Origin: Acidimicrobiia bacterium
GTDB lineage: Bacteria > Actinomycetota > Acidimicrobiia > Spongiisociales > UBA11373
Length of the DNA: 64,000 nucleotides
Direction of reading: 5' to 3'
Assembly: GCA_036478235.1 (NCBI GenBank)
Contig: JAZGDZ010000040.1
Span: 80,670-144,669 of the forward strand
The notes beneath the pieces are model-generated. The model was not told the DNA's origin. It saw nothing but the letters and a program-made list of their open reading frames with translations, and ran no database searches. The translations under genes were made by a program, and so were the position numbers. Every line of letters begins with the position of its first letter. The stretch's first letter is position 1. Below are positions 29,242-38,006 of the stretch, piece after piece.

Positions 29242-29870
29242 CCGTCATCCGCACCGAGGACGAACTGGCGCTGGAGGCGCAATGGGACGATGCCCACGAT
29301 CCCGCAGTCGGAGTGGTGATCCTGTGCCACCCCCACCCACTCGAAGGCGGCACGATGAACGCTCCGCTCATGAGGGCCGTGGCCCAATCGCTCGCCGCCG
29401 CCGGCCTCCACGTCCTGCGGTTCAACTTCCGCAGCGTGGGCCAGTCGGAAGGCGAATGGGGTGCGGGCATCGGCGAGGTGGGCGATGTTGCCGCAGCGGT
29501 GGAGGCGGCGGGCCTCGCCTTCCCCGAAGAAACCGTTTCTCTGGCCGGTTGGTCCTTTGGCGCCACGACGTCGCTGCGGTGGCAGACCGAGTCCGAATCT
29601 ACTCACGCATGGGTCGGGATCGCCCCCGGGATCAAGCCCTACAGAGGAACCGATCCGCCGGATACGAACCGGCTTCAGCCCGCCGCCCGCCTTGTCATAG
29701 CCGGGGACCGCGACCAGTTCGCTTCGGTCGACGCCATCCGAGACTTCGCCGATCGCATCGGGGCTCGGGTCGAGATCATGCCGGGCTCCGACCACTTCTT
29801 CTACTTCCGCGAGGCCAAGGTCGGAGAGATGGTGGCGCAGTTTCTCGGAGGCCGGGCGGCTGCCCCCTAG
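29238..29870 (+). CDS. alpha/beta hydrolase fold protein
   Basis: 'VVILCHPHPLEGGTMN', 'LRFNFRSVGQSEG', nucleophile-elbow-like 'LAGWSFGA'. Start GTG 29238 (29217 also possible). Confidence 0.6.
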   Translation: MTVIRTEDELALEAQWDDAHDPAVGVVILCHPHPLEGGTMNAPLMRAVAQSLAAAGLHVLRFNFRSVGQSEGEWGAGIGEVGDVAAAVEAAGLAFPEETVSLAGWSFGATTSLRWQTESESTHAWVGIAPGIKPYRGTDPPDTNRLQPAARLVIAGDRDQFASVDAIRDFADRIGARVEIMPGSDHFFYFREAKVGEMVAQFLGGRAAAP

Positions 29871-30101
29871 AGAGGGCGCGCCGCAGGGCGCGGGCCGATC
29901 AGCGAGGGCGAAAACCGCGGTTGCGAGCCTCGGCGAGGGTGTCCGGCCCGAAGGTGCTCACCATGTTCTGAGCGACCAAATCTTCAAGCTCGACACGCTC
30001 TTCGAGAACGGCGTAGTCCTCGGCGTCATCGCAGTCGTGGACGATCATGTCGTCGCGAGTCCCGACGAAGCGGTGCTCGGGGAAACGGCGCAGCCGGGGA
30101 C

Positions 30102-30548
30102 TCACGAGGTGTTCACGCTCACGACGGCGGCGCTGATCTCGGGACTCGGCGACGTGATGAAAACCGTCCCGGTGAGGGTTCCGTCGCTGAACCGCAACGT
30201 CCACTCCGCCGCGGTTCCATCGGAGGAGTCGACCACGTAGCCCTTGTTGACCAGACCAACCTGGAAGAACTGGATCGTCGCCGTGATGTCGGCCTGAAGG
30301 GTCAGTCGAAACTCGGTCCGGTTGTTGATCTTGTCGACGAGCGTGGTCCCGACGACGGCATTCGCCGGTATGGGGAAGTCGTCAGGGACCGATTCCGGGA
30401 TCACCCCCTCGCCAAAGACAATCGCCTCGATCGATTCGCTGCCGCCGTCGTCTCCACAGGCGGCCACGACCACAACGAGAGCCAACGCGATGAGGGCAAG
30501 GCGACGCCCACCGGCCTCCATACTCATGCCGTGGATGCTAGGAGGCAC
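30102..30548 (-). CDS. lipoprotein, unknown function
   Basis: '...RRLALIALALVVVVAAC|GDDGG' lipobox. About 140 aa. Several in-frame Met starts (30548/30527/30521). Confidence 0.6.
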   Translation of the reverse strand: MPPSIHGMSMEAGGRRLALIALALVVVVAACGDDGGSESIEAIVFGEGVIPESVPDDFPIPANAVVGTTLVDKINNRTEFRLTLQADITATIQFFQVGLVNKGYVVDSSDGTAAEWTLRFSDGTLTGTVFITSPSPEISAAVVSVNTS

Positions 30549-30556
30549 GGGCCCCC

Positions 30557-32194
30557 TCAGACGCGGGGAGGCTCACGGTAACCCCCGAAAACGACCTTCA
30601 TCGAGTCGGCGATCTCGCCCTCGGTGGCCCGGGCCCGGGCCGCATCGACGATGAGGCCCATGAGGTTGGCGTCGCCCGCAGCACCCTCGGTCAACGCCTC
30701 GAGTGCCGTGGTGACCGCAGTCTCGTCGCGCCCGGAGCGCACGAAGGCCACCCGGCGGCACTGGGCTTCCTCGACCTCGGTGCCGATACGCAGGATGTCC
30801 AACTCGTCCTCGTCGTCGGAGGCAAACTTGTTGACGCCGACGATGACACGTTCCCCGGACCCCAGCGCCTTCTCGAACTCGTAGGCGGAATCGACCAGCG
30901 AGCTCTGGAACCAGCCCTCCTCTATGCCCCGCAGCACGCCGTCCAGCATGGAACCCGAGCCCATTCGATCGATCTGGCCGAGGATGTCGAGAACCCGAGC
31001 CTCCATCCGGTCGGTCATCTCCTCGACGAACCACGATCCGCCCAGCGGGTCGATGACGTCGCCGGCGCCCGTCTCTTCGGCGATGACCTGCTGGGTACGC
31101 AGCGCGATCTCCGCGGCACGCTCCGTCGGGAGGGCGTAGACCTCGTCGAGAGCGTTCGTGTGCAGGCTCTGGGTTCCTCCCAAGACCGCGGCCAGCGCTT
31201 CGATGGTGGTCCTGACCACGTTGTTGTCGGGCTGCGGGGCGGCCAGCGACACCCCCGCGGTCTGGGTGTGGAACCTCAGCTTGAGCGACCGCTCGTCCCT
31301 TGCCTGATAGCGATCGCGCATCCAGGTGGCCCATATGCGGCGGGCCGCCCTGAACTTGGCTATCTCCTCGAAGAAGTCGATATGAGAGTCGAAGAAGAAC
31401 GACAGCCGGGGGGTGAATACATCCACGTCGAGACCGCGCCGCACGCCCGCCTCGACGTAGGCGAAGCCGTCGGCGAGCGTAAAGGCGAGTTCCTGCTGTG
31501 CGGTCGCCCCAGCCTCGCGGATGTGATACCCGCTGACCGAAATCGTGTTCCACTGGGGCACCTCGGCGGCGCAGAACTCCATCATGTCAACGATGAGCCG
31601 CAGATGGGGCTCGGGCGGGAAGATCCACTCCTTCTGAGCGATGTATTCCTTCAGGATGTCGTTCTGCAGGGTCCCCCGCAGCCCGTCCCATTGGACGCCC
31701 TGCTCTTCCGCCGCCACGAGGAGGAAGGCGAACAGGATCTGGGCGGGGCCGTTGATCGTCATCGACACCGACACGTCCCCAAGTGGGATGCCGGCGAATA
31801 GCTCGGCCATGTCGTCTGCGGTGTCCACCGCCACGCCGCAGTGACCGACCTCACCCAGCGCCATCGGGCTGTCGGAGTCGAGGCCCATGAGCGTGGGCAT
31901 GTCGAAAGCGACGGACAGGCCGTGCTGACCCTCGTCGAGCAGGTGGCGAAATCGGGCGTTCGTGTCGGAGACACCGGCGAACCCGGCAAACTGGCGGATC
32001 GTCCACTGCTTGCCGCGGTACCCGGTGGGGTGTATTCCCCTGGTGTATGGGAAATCGCCGGGGTAGCCGATCTGCTCCGGTGCTTCGACCGCGGGAAACC
32101 CCGTCGCCGGCAGGTCCTCGAAGGAGAGCGTCACCCAGCGATCGCGGCGCTTCTCGCCTGCGGCGTACCTCTCTTCCCAGAGTTCCCGGCTCAC
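30557..32194 (-). CDS. second acyl-CoA mutase catalytic subunit paralog, without B12-binding domain
   Basis: 545 aa with 'FPYTRGIHPTGYRGKQWTIRQFAGFAG', 'GLSVAFDMPTLMG', 'NDILKEYIAQKEWIFPP', 'ISVSGYHIREAGAT', '[24 protein letters not shown]'. Confidence 0.9.
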   Translation of the reverse strand: MSRELWEERYAAGEKRRDRWVTLSFEDLPATGFPAVEAPEQIGYPGDFPYTRGIHPTGYRGKQWTIRQFAGFAGVSDTNARFRHLLDEGQHGLSVAFDMPTLMGLDSDSPMALGEVGHCGVAVDTADDMAELFAGIPLGDVSVSMTINGPAQILFAFLLVAAEEQGVQWDGLRGTLQNDILKEYIAQKEWIFPPEPHLRLIVDMMEFCAAEVPQWNTISVSGYHIREAGATAQQELAFTLADGFAYVEAGVRRGLDVDVFTPRLSFFFDSHIDFFEEIAKFRAARRIWATWMRDRYQARDERSLKLRFHTQTAGVSLAAPQPDNNVVRTTIEALAAVLGGTQSLHTNALDEVYALPTERAAEIALRTQQVIAEETGAGDVIDPLGGSWFVEEMTDRMEARVLDILGQIDRMGSGSMLDGVLRGIEEGWFQSSLVDSAYEFEKALGSGERVIVGVNKFASDDEDELDILRIGTEVEEAQCRRVAFVRSGRDETAVTTALEALTEGAAGDANLMGLIVDAARARATEGEIADSMKVVFGGYREPPRV

Positions 32195-32490
32195 GCATCT
32201 CCTTCCGGCATGGAGACGGTAACCGTCATCCCGCAGTTGGGGCAGGGAACCTCATCGACTCGGCCGACTATGAACGAGAACCCGCAGCTCGAGCACTCGA
32301 CCCGCGGGGATGGCGGCTCGGGGGCCGGTGGAGGCGGAGGCGCCAGCAACCCGCCATCGTCGGAGGCATCATCGGGGGCATCGTTGGGAGGCGTCTTGAC
32401 GTCGTTGGCTGTACCGCATGCCGGGCAGGCGTACCGGCCGGGTCCGGGGACATCGAACCCGCGCTGGCACCTTCCGCAGCGGACCATCAT
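32191..32490 (-). CDS. double zinc-ribbon protein
   Basis: ATG 32490. 'MMVRCGRCQRGF...YACPACG' and 'VECSSCGF...VPCPNCG' separated by a Pro/Asp-rich linker. 4-nt overlaps with both neighbours. Confidence 0.5.
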   Translation of the reverse strand: MMVRCGRCQRGFDVPGPGRYACPACGTANDVKTPPNDAPDDASDDGGLLAPPPPPAPEPPSPRVECSSCGFSFIVGRVDEVPCPNCGMTVTVSMPEGDA

Positions 32491-32906
32491 GCGGGATCTT
32501 CCTCCACCGGGGCCCCTACGGCGCCGATCTCGACGAGGTAGTCCGTCTCGATGGCCATCACCTCGGCGATGTCGAGCGGTTCGATGGAGAGACCTACCTC
32601 CGCGGCTCGATGCATCACATATTCGATGCCGTCTCCGGATCCGATGACCGGAGCATGCCCCAGCGCCCGCGGGGCCTCTACCTGGGTGAAGTGGAGGTTC
32701 CACTCCAGGATGCGGCGCACGTCGTCGGGGTCGAGCGACAGCAACGCCCGGTCCGACAGCCGGTCGTAGACGAACGAAGCCGCCTCGTGCACCAGGTATT
32801 CGGCGTGGTCGGTCACCGGCGACCGGCGCGCCGACTGCAGTAGAAACCCGGCGACGATCACGAGCACGACGGCGAGGAGGACAGCGCCGACTGCAACTGC
32901 TCCCAT
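32487..32906 (-). CDS. membrane-anchored hypothetical protein
   Basis: ATG 32906. N-terminal TM 'MGAVAVGAVLLAVVLVIVAGFLL' then a soluble acidic domain. 139 aa. The longer 249-aa ORF upstream is Arg/Pro-rich and looks like noise. Confidence 0.5.
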   Translation of the reverse strand: MGAVAVGAVLLAVVLVIVAGFLLQSARRSPVTDHAEYLVHEAASFVYDRLSDRALLSLDPDDVRRILEWNLHFTQVEAPRALGHAPVIGSGDGIEYVMHRAAEVGLSIEPLDIAEVMAIETDYLVEIGAVGAPVEEDPA

Positions 32907-33036
32907 GGTCCAATTGTACCGGGACCGTGCCGGCCCGAACCACGGGCGGCATTGCCCCGAGCGACCTCGACAACGCGGTGGCAACGCTCCAGGCGCAGGG
33001 GCAGGCTGACTGGTTCCTCGACAGACAACCTTAGGG

Positions 33037-34176
33037 TCAAAGGCCGAGACGCTCCGCCAGCACGGCCCGATGGTTGGCCGGCGTCCCGAACAGCAGCTCG
33101 TCGGTCTTCGCCCGCTTGAAGTACAGGTGAGCGTCGTGCTCCCAGGTGAAGCCGATGCCGCCGTGCACCTGGATGTTCTCCCCGGCGCAGAAGAAGTACG
33201 CCTCGGAGCAGTACGACTTGGCAAGTGGGGCGGCAACGGCGAGATCTTCGTCCCCGCCGGAAGCGGACCACCCGGCGTAGTAGGCCGCCGACTTGGCCGA
33301 CTCGACTTCGACCAGCATGTCGGCGCACTTGTGCTTGATCGCCTGAAACGAGCCGATCGGGCGACCGAACTGCACCCGAACCTTGGCGTACTCGACCGAC
33401 ATGTCGAGGCACTGCTGGGCGCCTCCGACCTGCTCGAAGGCGAGCGCCACGACCGCCCTGGTCAGGGTCTCCTGCAACGCCACCCAACCGGCACCCGGAT
33501 CACCAAGGATCGCCGAGGCCGGAACCCGCACGTCGGAGAACTCGATCTCGGCCTGCTTGCGAGTCTGATCCATCGTTTCCAGCCGCCGCCGACCGATCCC
33601 GGCTGTGTCTGCAGGAACCAAGACGAGACTGATACCCCCTTCACCCTCGGACCCGTCTTCGGTGCGCGCCACCACGATGAGGGTGTGCGCCGTATGACCG
33701 TCGAGCACGAACGACTTCGTGCCGTTCAACACCAGGTCCGACCCGTCGCGCTTTGCCGCCATTTTCACGCCGGTGGCATCCCAGCGCCCGTTGTGCTCGA
33801 GGTGGGCCAGGGCCAGCCGAACCTCTCCGGAAGCAACGTCGGGGAGAATCGCCTGTTTCTGCTCCTCGGTGCCGGCGGTTAGCACGAGGTCGGCCCCGAG
33901 CACGATCGAAGACAGATACGGCGCCGGGAAGAGCGACCTCCCCATCTCTTCCATCAAGATTGCCTGCTCTATGAAGGAAAACCCTGCTCCCCCGTACTCC
34001 TCGGGAATGGCCATCGCTTGCCACCCCAGTACCGCGATCTCCTTCCACACGCCTTCGTCGAACCCCTCTTCGGACTCCATGAGACGCCGCACGACCTCGG
34101 AGCCCGCCTTGTCGTCGAGAAAGCGCCTGGCAGTCTCCCGGAGCATCTCCTGCTCTTCGCTGAAGGCGAAGTTCAC
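33037..34176 (-). CDS. acyl-CoA dehydrogenase
   Basis: GTG 34176 after 'GGAGG'. 'FAFSEEQEMLRETARRFL', 'FGRPIGSFQAIKHKCADM', 'QVHGGIGFTWEHD'. Confidence 0.9.
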   Translation of the reverse strand: MNFAFSEEQEMLRETARRFLDDKAGSEVVRRLMESEEGFDEGVWKEIAVLGWQAMAIPEEYGGAGFSFIEQAILMEEMGRSLFPAPYLSSIVLGADLVLTAGTEEQKQAILPDVASGEVRLALAHLEHNGRWDATGVKMAAKRDGSDLVLNGTKSFVLDGHTAHTLIVVARTEDGSEGEGGISLVLVPADTAGIGRRRLETMDQTRKQAEIEFSDVRVPASAILGDPGAGWVALQETLTRAVVALAFEQVGGAQQCLDMSVEYAKVRVQFGRPIGSFQAIKHKCADMLVEVESAKSAAYYAGWSASGGDEDLAVAAPLAKSYCSEAYFFCAGENIQVHGGIGFTWEHDAHLYFKRAKTDELLFGTPANHRAVLAERLGL

Positions 34177-34289
34177 GCTGTGCCTCCATCTCGGGCCGGA
34201 TCGCAGCGTAGTGCCGCCCGGCACGACCTCGGCCGGTCGCCTTCAACCGTGGCAGAGTGGCGATTACGCCTAGGCGAGAGGAGCCCCTA

Positions 34290-35225
34290 GTGGAGTTCGG
34301 ACTGATGACCGAGCCGCAGCTCGGCATGTCGTACGACACCCTGCTCGAACTGGCCACGTGGGCCGACTCCAACGGGCTCGATGCCTTTGCGCGCTCGGAT
34401 CACTATTCGTTCATGGACGTCGACGGTCCTCATGCCACCGACGCCTTTGCCACCCTCGGAGGCCTGGCCCGAGAAACATCGAATGTGGAGCTAGTGGTCC
34501 TGGTGAGCCCGATCACCTTCCGCCATCCCGGGGTGATCGCCAAGTCGGCGGCGACCATCGACGAGATGTCGGGCGGCAGGTTTCGTCTCGGCCTGGGCAC
34601 CGGGTGGATGGCGCTGGAGCACGAGAACTTCGGACTGGAGTTCTTCGACCAGGGCGAACGGTTCGAACGGCTCGAGGATGCGCTCGCCTACCTGCATCAC
34701 GCGTTCGGGCGATCAGAAGGTCCCTATCGGGGCCGGTATTACACGCTCGAGGAGACGGAGGTGAGGCCCCTCCCCACGGGCCCGCTGCCGATCATCGTCG
34801 GGGGTCAGGGCCCCAAGCGGACCCCGCGGCTGGCCGGGACCTACGCCGACGAATTCAACATGATGATCAGACCGTCCGAGGAGATGGGGCTCCGGATCGA
34901 AAACGCTCGGACGGCGGCCGAGCAAGCGGGCCGCGACCCCGACGCGCTGACCATCAGCATCATGACGGCCGTAATCGCCGGGACCGACAGAGCAAACTTC
35001 CAGGAAAACCTGCAACGAATGGCAACCGCCGATCCCTTTGGGCGTTCGGCCGACGACCTGGAGAGGCGATACCGGGAGCGGGGACTTCCTGTAGGCACCG
35101 CCGACGAAGTGCAATCGCGAATCGCCGAGCTGGCCGAGGTCGGGTTCGACCGAATCTACGTGCAGCACTTCGGCCCGTACGAAACGGACCTGCTCGACGA
35201 CGTCTTTGCCGCGCTGCGCGAATAG
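34290..35225 (+). CDS. LLM-class (luciferase-like) flavin/F420-dependent oxidoreductase
   Basis: GTG 34290 lies 6 nt after 'GAGAGGAG'. 'FARSDHYSF', 'EMSGGRFRLGLGTGW', 'RIYVQHF'. Confidence 0.8.
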   Translation: MEFGLMTEPQLGMSYDTLLELATWADSNGLDAFARSDHYSFMDVDGPHATDAFATLGGLARETSNVELVVLVSPITFRHPGVIAKSAATIDEMSGGRFRLGLGTGWMALEHENFGLEFFDQGERFERLEDALAYLHHAFGRSEGPYRGRYYTLEETEVRPLPTGPLPIIVGGQGPKRTPRLAGTYADEFNMMIRPSEEMGLRIENARTAAEQAGRDPDALTISIMTAVIAGTDRANFQENLQRMATADPFGRSADDLERRYRERGLPVGTADEVQSRIAELAEVGFDRIYVQHFGPYETDLLDDVFAALRE

Positions 35226-35228
35226 CGT

Positions 35229-35256
35229 TTAGCGATTGGCGATTAGCGATTGGCAA
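35229..35256 (+). repeat. heptanucleotide tandem array (TTAGCGA/TTGGCGA/TTAGCGA/TTGGCAA)
   Basis: Four 7-nt units start 4 nt after the LLM stop. The 3' flank 'GAATCACTCCCCC' is shared with the 55069 array. Confidence 0.9.
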
Positions 35257-35261
35257 GAATC

Positions 35262-35283
35262 ACTCCCCCCTCCGAGGGGGAGT
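35262..35283 (+). terminator. GC hairpin after the LLM gene
   Basis: 'ACTCCCCC-ctccga-GGGGGAGT', an 8-bp perfect stem with no U-tract. Confidence 0.45.
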
Positions 35284-35404
35284 CAAACACCGAAGGCGTT
35301 TGGAGGGGGGCCCTCCGACTCCGAGCCCCTGGCCTCGGGGCCATCGGGAAACGACAGAGGGAAACACCTTTTGGTAGGGACGTGGCCACCGATATCCTCG
35401 CCCC

Positions 35405-36154
35405 ATGCCCGACCTGCTCGTCGTCGACGATCTGCGCGCCTCGGCCGAGGGAGTGGAGATCCTCAAGGGGGTCTCGCTGACCGTCGCCCGGGGTGAAATC
35501 CACGCGCTGATGGGTCCCAATGGATCGGGCAAGTCGACCCTGGCCAACGTCTTGATGGGCCATCCCGACTACAAGGTCACGGGCGGCTCCGTGCTGTTCG
35601 ACGGCCAGGACGTCACCAAGCTGCTCCCCGAGCAGAGGGGCCGCCTCGGCATGTTCCTCGCCTTCCAGTACCCCGAGGAGATCCCGGGCGTGTCGGTCGT
35701 CAACTTTCTGCGGGCGGCCCTGTCCAACCGCACCGGTACCGAATACACGGTGCTGGAGCTCCGGCTCAAGGTCACCGACGCAATGCGCGACCTCGGCATG
35801 GACGTCACGTTTGCCGATCGCAATCTCAACGAAGGTTTCTCGGGTGGGGAGCGCAAGCGCAACGAGGTGCTGCAGATGGCGGTGCTGGAGCCGATCCTGG
35901 CGATCCTCGATGAAACCGACTCCGGCCTCGACATCGACGCACTCAAGATCGTCGCCGAGGGGGTCGAGCGGCTTTCTGGCCCCGACCGCGGCTTCCTGAT
36001 AATCACCCACTACCAGCGGATGCTGGACTACATCACGCCCGACGTAGTCCACGTGTTCGTCGACGGCCGCGTCGTCGAGACAGGCGATGCCGATCTCGCC
36101 AAGCGGATCGAAGAAGACGGCTACGACGCATTTCGCGTTGGAGCACCATCGTGA
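35405..36154 (+). CDS. sufC: Fe-S cluster assembly ATPase SufC (copy 1)
   Basis: 'GEIHALMGPNGSGKSTL', 'FLAFQYPEEIPGV', 'NEGFSGGERKRNEVLQM', 'ILDETDSGLDIDAL', 'ITHYQR'. Confidence 0.9.
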   Translation: MPDLLVVDDLRASAEGVEILKGVSLTVARGEIHALMGPNGSGKSTLANVLMGHPDYKVTGGSVLFDGQDVTKLLPEQRGRLGMFLAFQYPEEIPGVSVVNFLRAALSNRTGTEYTVLELRLKVTDAMRDLGMDVTFADRNLNEGFSGGERKRNEVLQMAVLEPILAILDETDSGLDIDALKIVAEGVERLSGPDRGFLIITHYQRMLDYITPDVVHVFVDGRVVETGDADLAKRIEEDGYDAFRVGAPS

Positions 36155-36182
36155 GGCTCAAACCCAATGCGCCGGCCGATTG

Positions 36183-36203
36183 TTGTCCGTTGTCCGTTGT
36201 CCG
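36183..36203 (+). repeat. heptanucleotide array TTGTCCG x3 inside the sufC-sufS spacer
   Basis: Three perfect units, 6/7-complementary per unit to the array at 36275-36295. Confidence 0.9.
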
Positions 36204-36274
36204 TCCCCCGAACCACGCCTCATGATCGGCCCAACGTGTCGAGTGCCCTCTCCGGCAGTCGCGGCCAGGAGAAA

Positions 36275-36295
36275 CGGAAGACGGAAAACGGAAAA
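36275..36295 (+). repeat. heptanucleotide array CGGAAGA/CGGAAAA/CGGAAAA (inverted partner)
   Basis: Pairs with 36183-36203 at 18 of 21 positions counting one G-U (17 Watson-Crick), leaving a G/A mismatch in each heptad. Loop is about 71 nt. Confidence 0.85.
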
Positions 36296-36316
36296 CGAGA
36301 CACCAAAGAGCATCAG

Positions 36317-37549
36317 ATGACGCTCGACACAGCCCGGATACGCGCCGACTTCCCCATCCTCGAGCGCCGGATCAAGGGAAAGCCGCTGGTCTACCTGGAC
36401 AGCGCATCGACTACCCAGAAGCCGGTCCAAGTGCTCGACGCCGTCGACGAGTACTACCGGGTACACAACGCCAACGTGCATCGGGGGGCGTATGCGCTCG
36501 CCGAGGAGGCCACCGAGCTGTACGAGGGCGCCCGGGCCAAGGTGGCGCGGTTCATCGACGCCGGCTCCCCCAGCGAGGTCGTGTTCACCCGGGGTACCAC
36601 GAGCGCCATCAACTTGGTCGCATACGGTTGGGGGCTCTACAAATTGAAGCCCGGGGACAAGATCGTGCTCACCATGATGGAGCACCACGCCAACGTCGTC
36701 CCCTGGCAGCTGATCACCCGCCATACCGGTGCCGAGCTGGTCTACCTACCGATCACCGACGACTACATGGTCGATACCTCGCAGCTCCCCGAGCTGGTCG
36801 ACGAAACCGTCAAGGTCATCGGGTTCTCCGGTATGTCGAACGTGCTCGGGTCGATAGGTCCGCTGCAGGAGGCGATCGCCGCCGCCGCCGAGGTCGGGGC
36901 GATCACGGTGGTGGACGGGGCCCAGCTGATCCCTCACATGCCGACCAGCGTCCGCGACCTCGGAGTCGACTTCGTCGCCTTCGGGGCCCACAAGATGTTG
37001 GGGCCGACCGGCATCGGCGCCCTGTGGGGCAGACCCGAGCTGCTCGAGGAGATGGAGCCGGCCGAGGGCGGTGGTGAGATGATCCGCGACGTGCAGCTGT
37101 ACGAGTCGACCTGGGCCGAGGTCCCTCACAAGTTCGAGGCGGGCACTCCCCCGATCGCTCAGGCAGTCGGGTTCGGTGCCGCCGTCGACTACCTGCAAGA
37201 CCTCGGCATGGAGAACGTGCGCCGGCACGAGGTCGAGATCACCGGGTATGCACTCGGCCGGCTGGCCGAGATCCCCGACCTGACGGTGTACGGGCCTGAG
37301 GACACCGCGGCGCGCGGCGGGGCCGTGTCGTTCACCCTGGCCGACATCCACCCCCACGATCTGTCCACCATCCTCGATCAGCAGGGCATTGCGATCCGGG
37401 CAGGCCACCACTGCGCCAAACCCCTCATGCGCGTTCTCGACGTGCCCGCCACCGCCCGGGCCTCGTTCTACGTCTACAACACCATCGAAGAGGTCGATGC
37501 CCTGGTCGAGGCACTCCACGGGGCGCGGAGGATCTTCGGTGTCGCTTGA
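36317..37549 (+). CDS. sufS: cysteine desulfurase SufS
   Basis: ATG 36317. 'VYLDSASTTQKP', PLP-Lys 'FGAHKMLGPTGIG', 'RAGHHCAKP'. The 50 upstream codons in the ORF track cross the heptamer arrays and are rejected. Confidence 0.9.
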   Translation: MTLDTARIRADFPILERRIKGKPLVYLDSASTTQKPVQVLDAVDEYYRVHNANVHRGAYALAEEATELYEGARAKVARFIDAGSPSEVVFTRGTTSAINLVAYGWGLYKLKPGDKIVLTMMEHHANVVPWQLITRHTGAELVYLPITDDYMVDTSQLPELVDETVKVIGFSGMSNVLGSIGPLQEAIAAAAEVGAITVVDGAQLIPHMPTSVRDLGVDFVAFGAHKMLGPTGIGALWGRPELLEEMEPAEGGGEMIRDVQLYESTWAEVPHKFEAGTPPIAQAVGFGAAVDYLQDLGMENVRRHEVEITGYALGRLAEIPDLTVYGPEDTAARGGAVSFTLADIHPHDLSTILDQQGIAIRAGHHCAKPLMRVLDVPATARASFYVYNTIEEVDALVEALHGARRIFGVA

Positions 37550-37982
37550 GGAGCTCTACCGCCAGGTCATACTCGACCACTACCGCAATCCGCGGCGCTC
37601 CGGCTCGATCGAAAACCCCGATGCCACGGCCGAGGGCTACAACCCGCTGTGCGGCGACGAGGTGACGATCGAGGTCGATCTGGAGGACGGTGTGGTCGCC
37701 GACGTCGCGGTGCGAGGGCGAGGCTGTTCGATCAGCCAGGCGTCGGCCTCGATGATGGCCGAGACGATCGTCGGCAAGACGGTGGACGACGTGATCGAGC
37801 TGACCCACCAGGTGAAGTCGATGCTCGACATAGAGGAAGGCGACCCGGGCCTCGACCCCGATCGCCCCGGAGCAGTCCTGGGCGATCTGGAGGCCCTCGC
37901 CGGGGTCAAGAATTTCCCGGTGCGGATCAAGTGCGCCGACCTGCCATGGACGACGCTGGAGGAAGCACTCTCGAACAGTTAG
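37539..37982 (+). CDS. sufU: SufU/IscU-like Fe-S scaffold / sulfur acceptor
   Basis: GTG 37539 overlaps the sufS end. 'LYRQVILDHYRNPR', 'NPLCGDEVT', 'GCSISQASASMM', 'FPVRIKCADLPW'. Confidence 0.85.
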   Translation: MSLEELYRQVILDHYRNPRRSGSIENPDATAEGYNPLCGDEVTIEVDLEDGVVADVAVRGRGCSISQASASMMAETIVGKTVDDVIELTHQVKSMLDIEEGDPGLDPDRPGAVLGDLEALAGVKNFPVRIKCADLPWTTLEEALSNS

Positions 37983-38006
37983 CCGTTGGCCGTTGGCCAT
38001 TGGCCC
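37979..38006 (+). repeat. heptanucleotide array TTAGCCG/TTGGCCG/TTGGCCA/TTGGCCC
   Basis: Four units. They contain the sufU stop codon (37980-37982) and encode the last ~9 codons ('GQWPTANG*') of the convergent minus-strand ORF. Confidence 0.9.
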
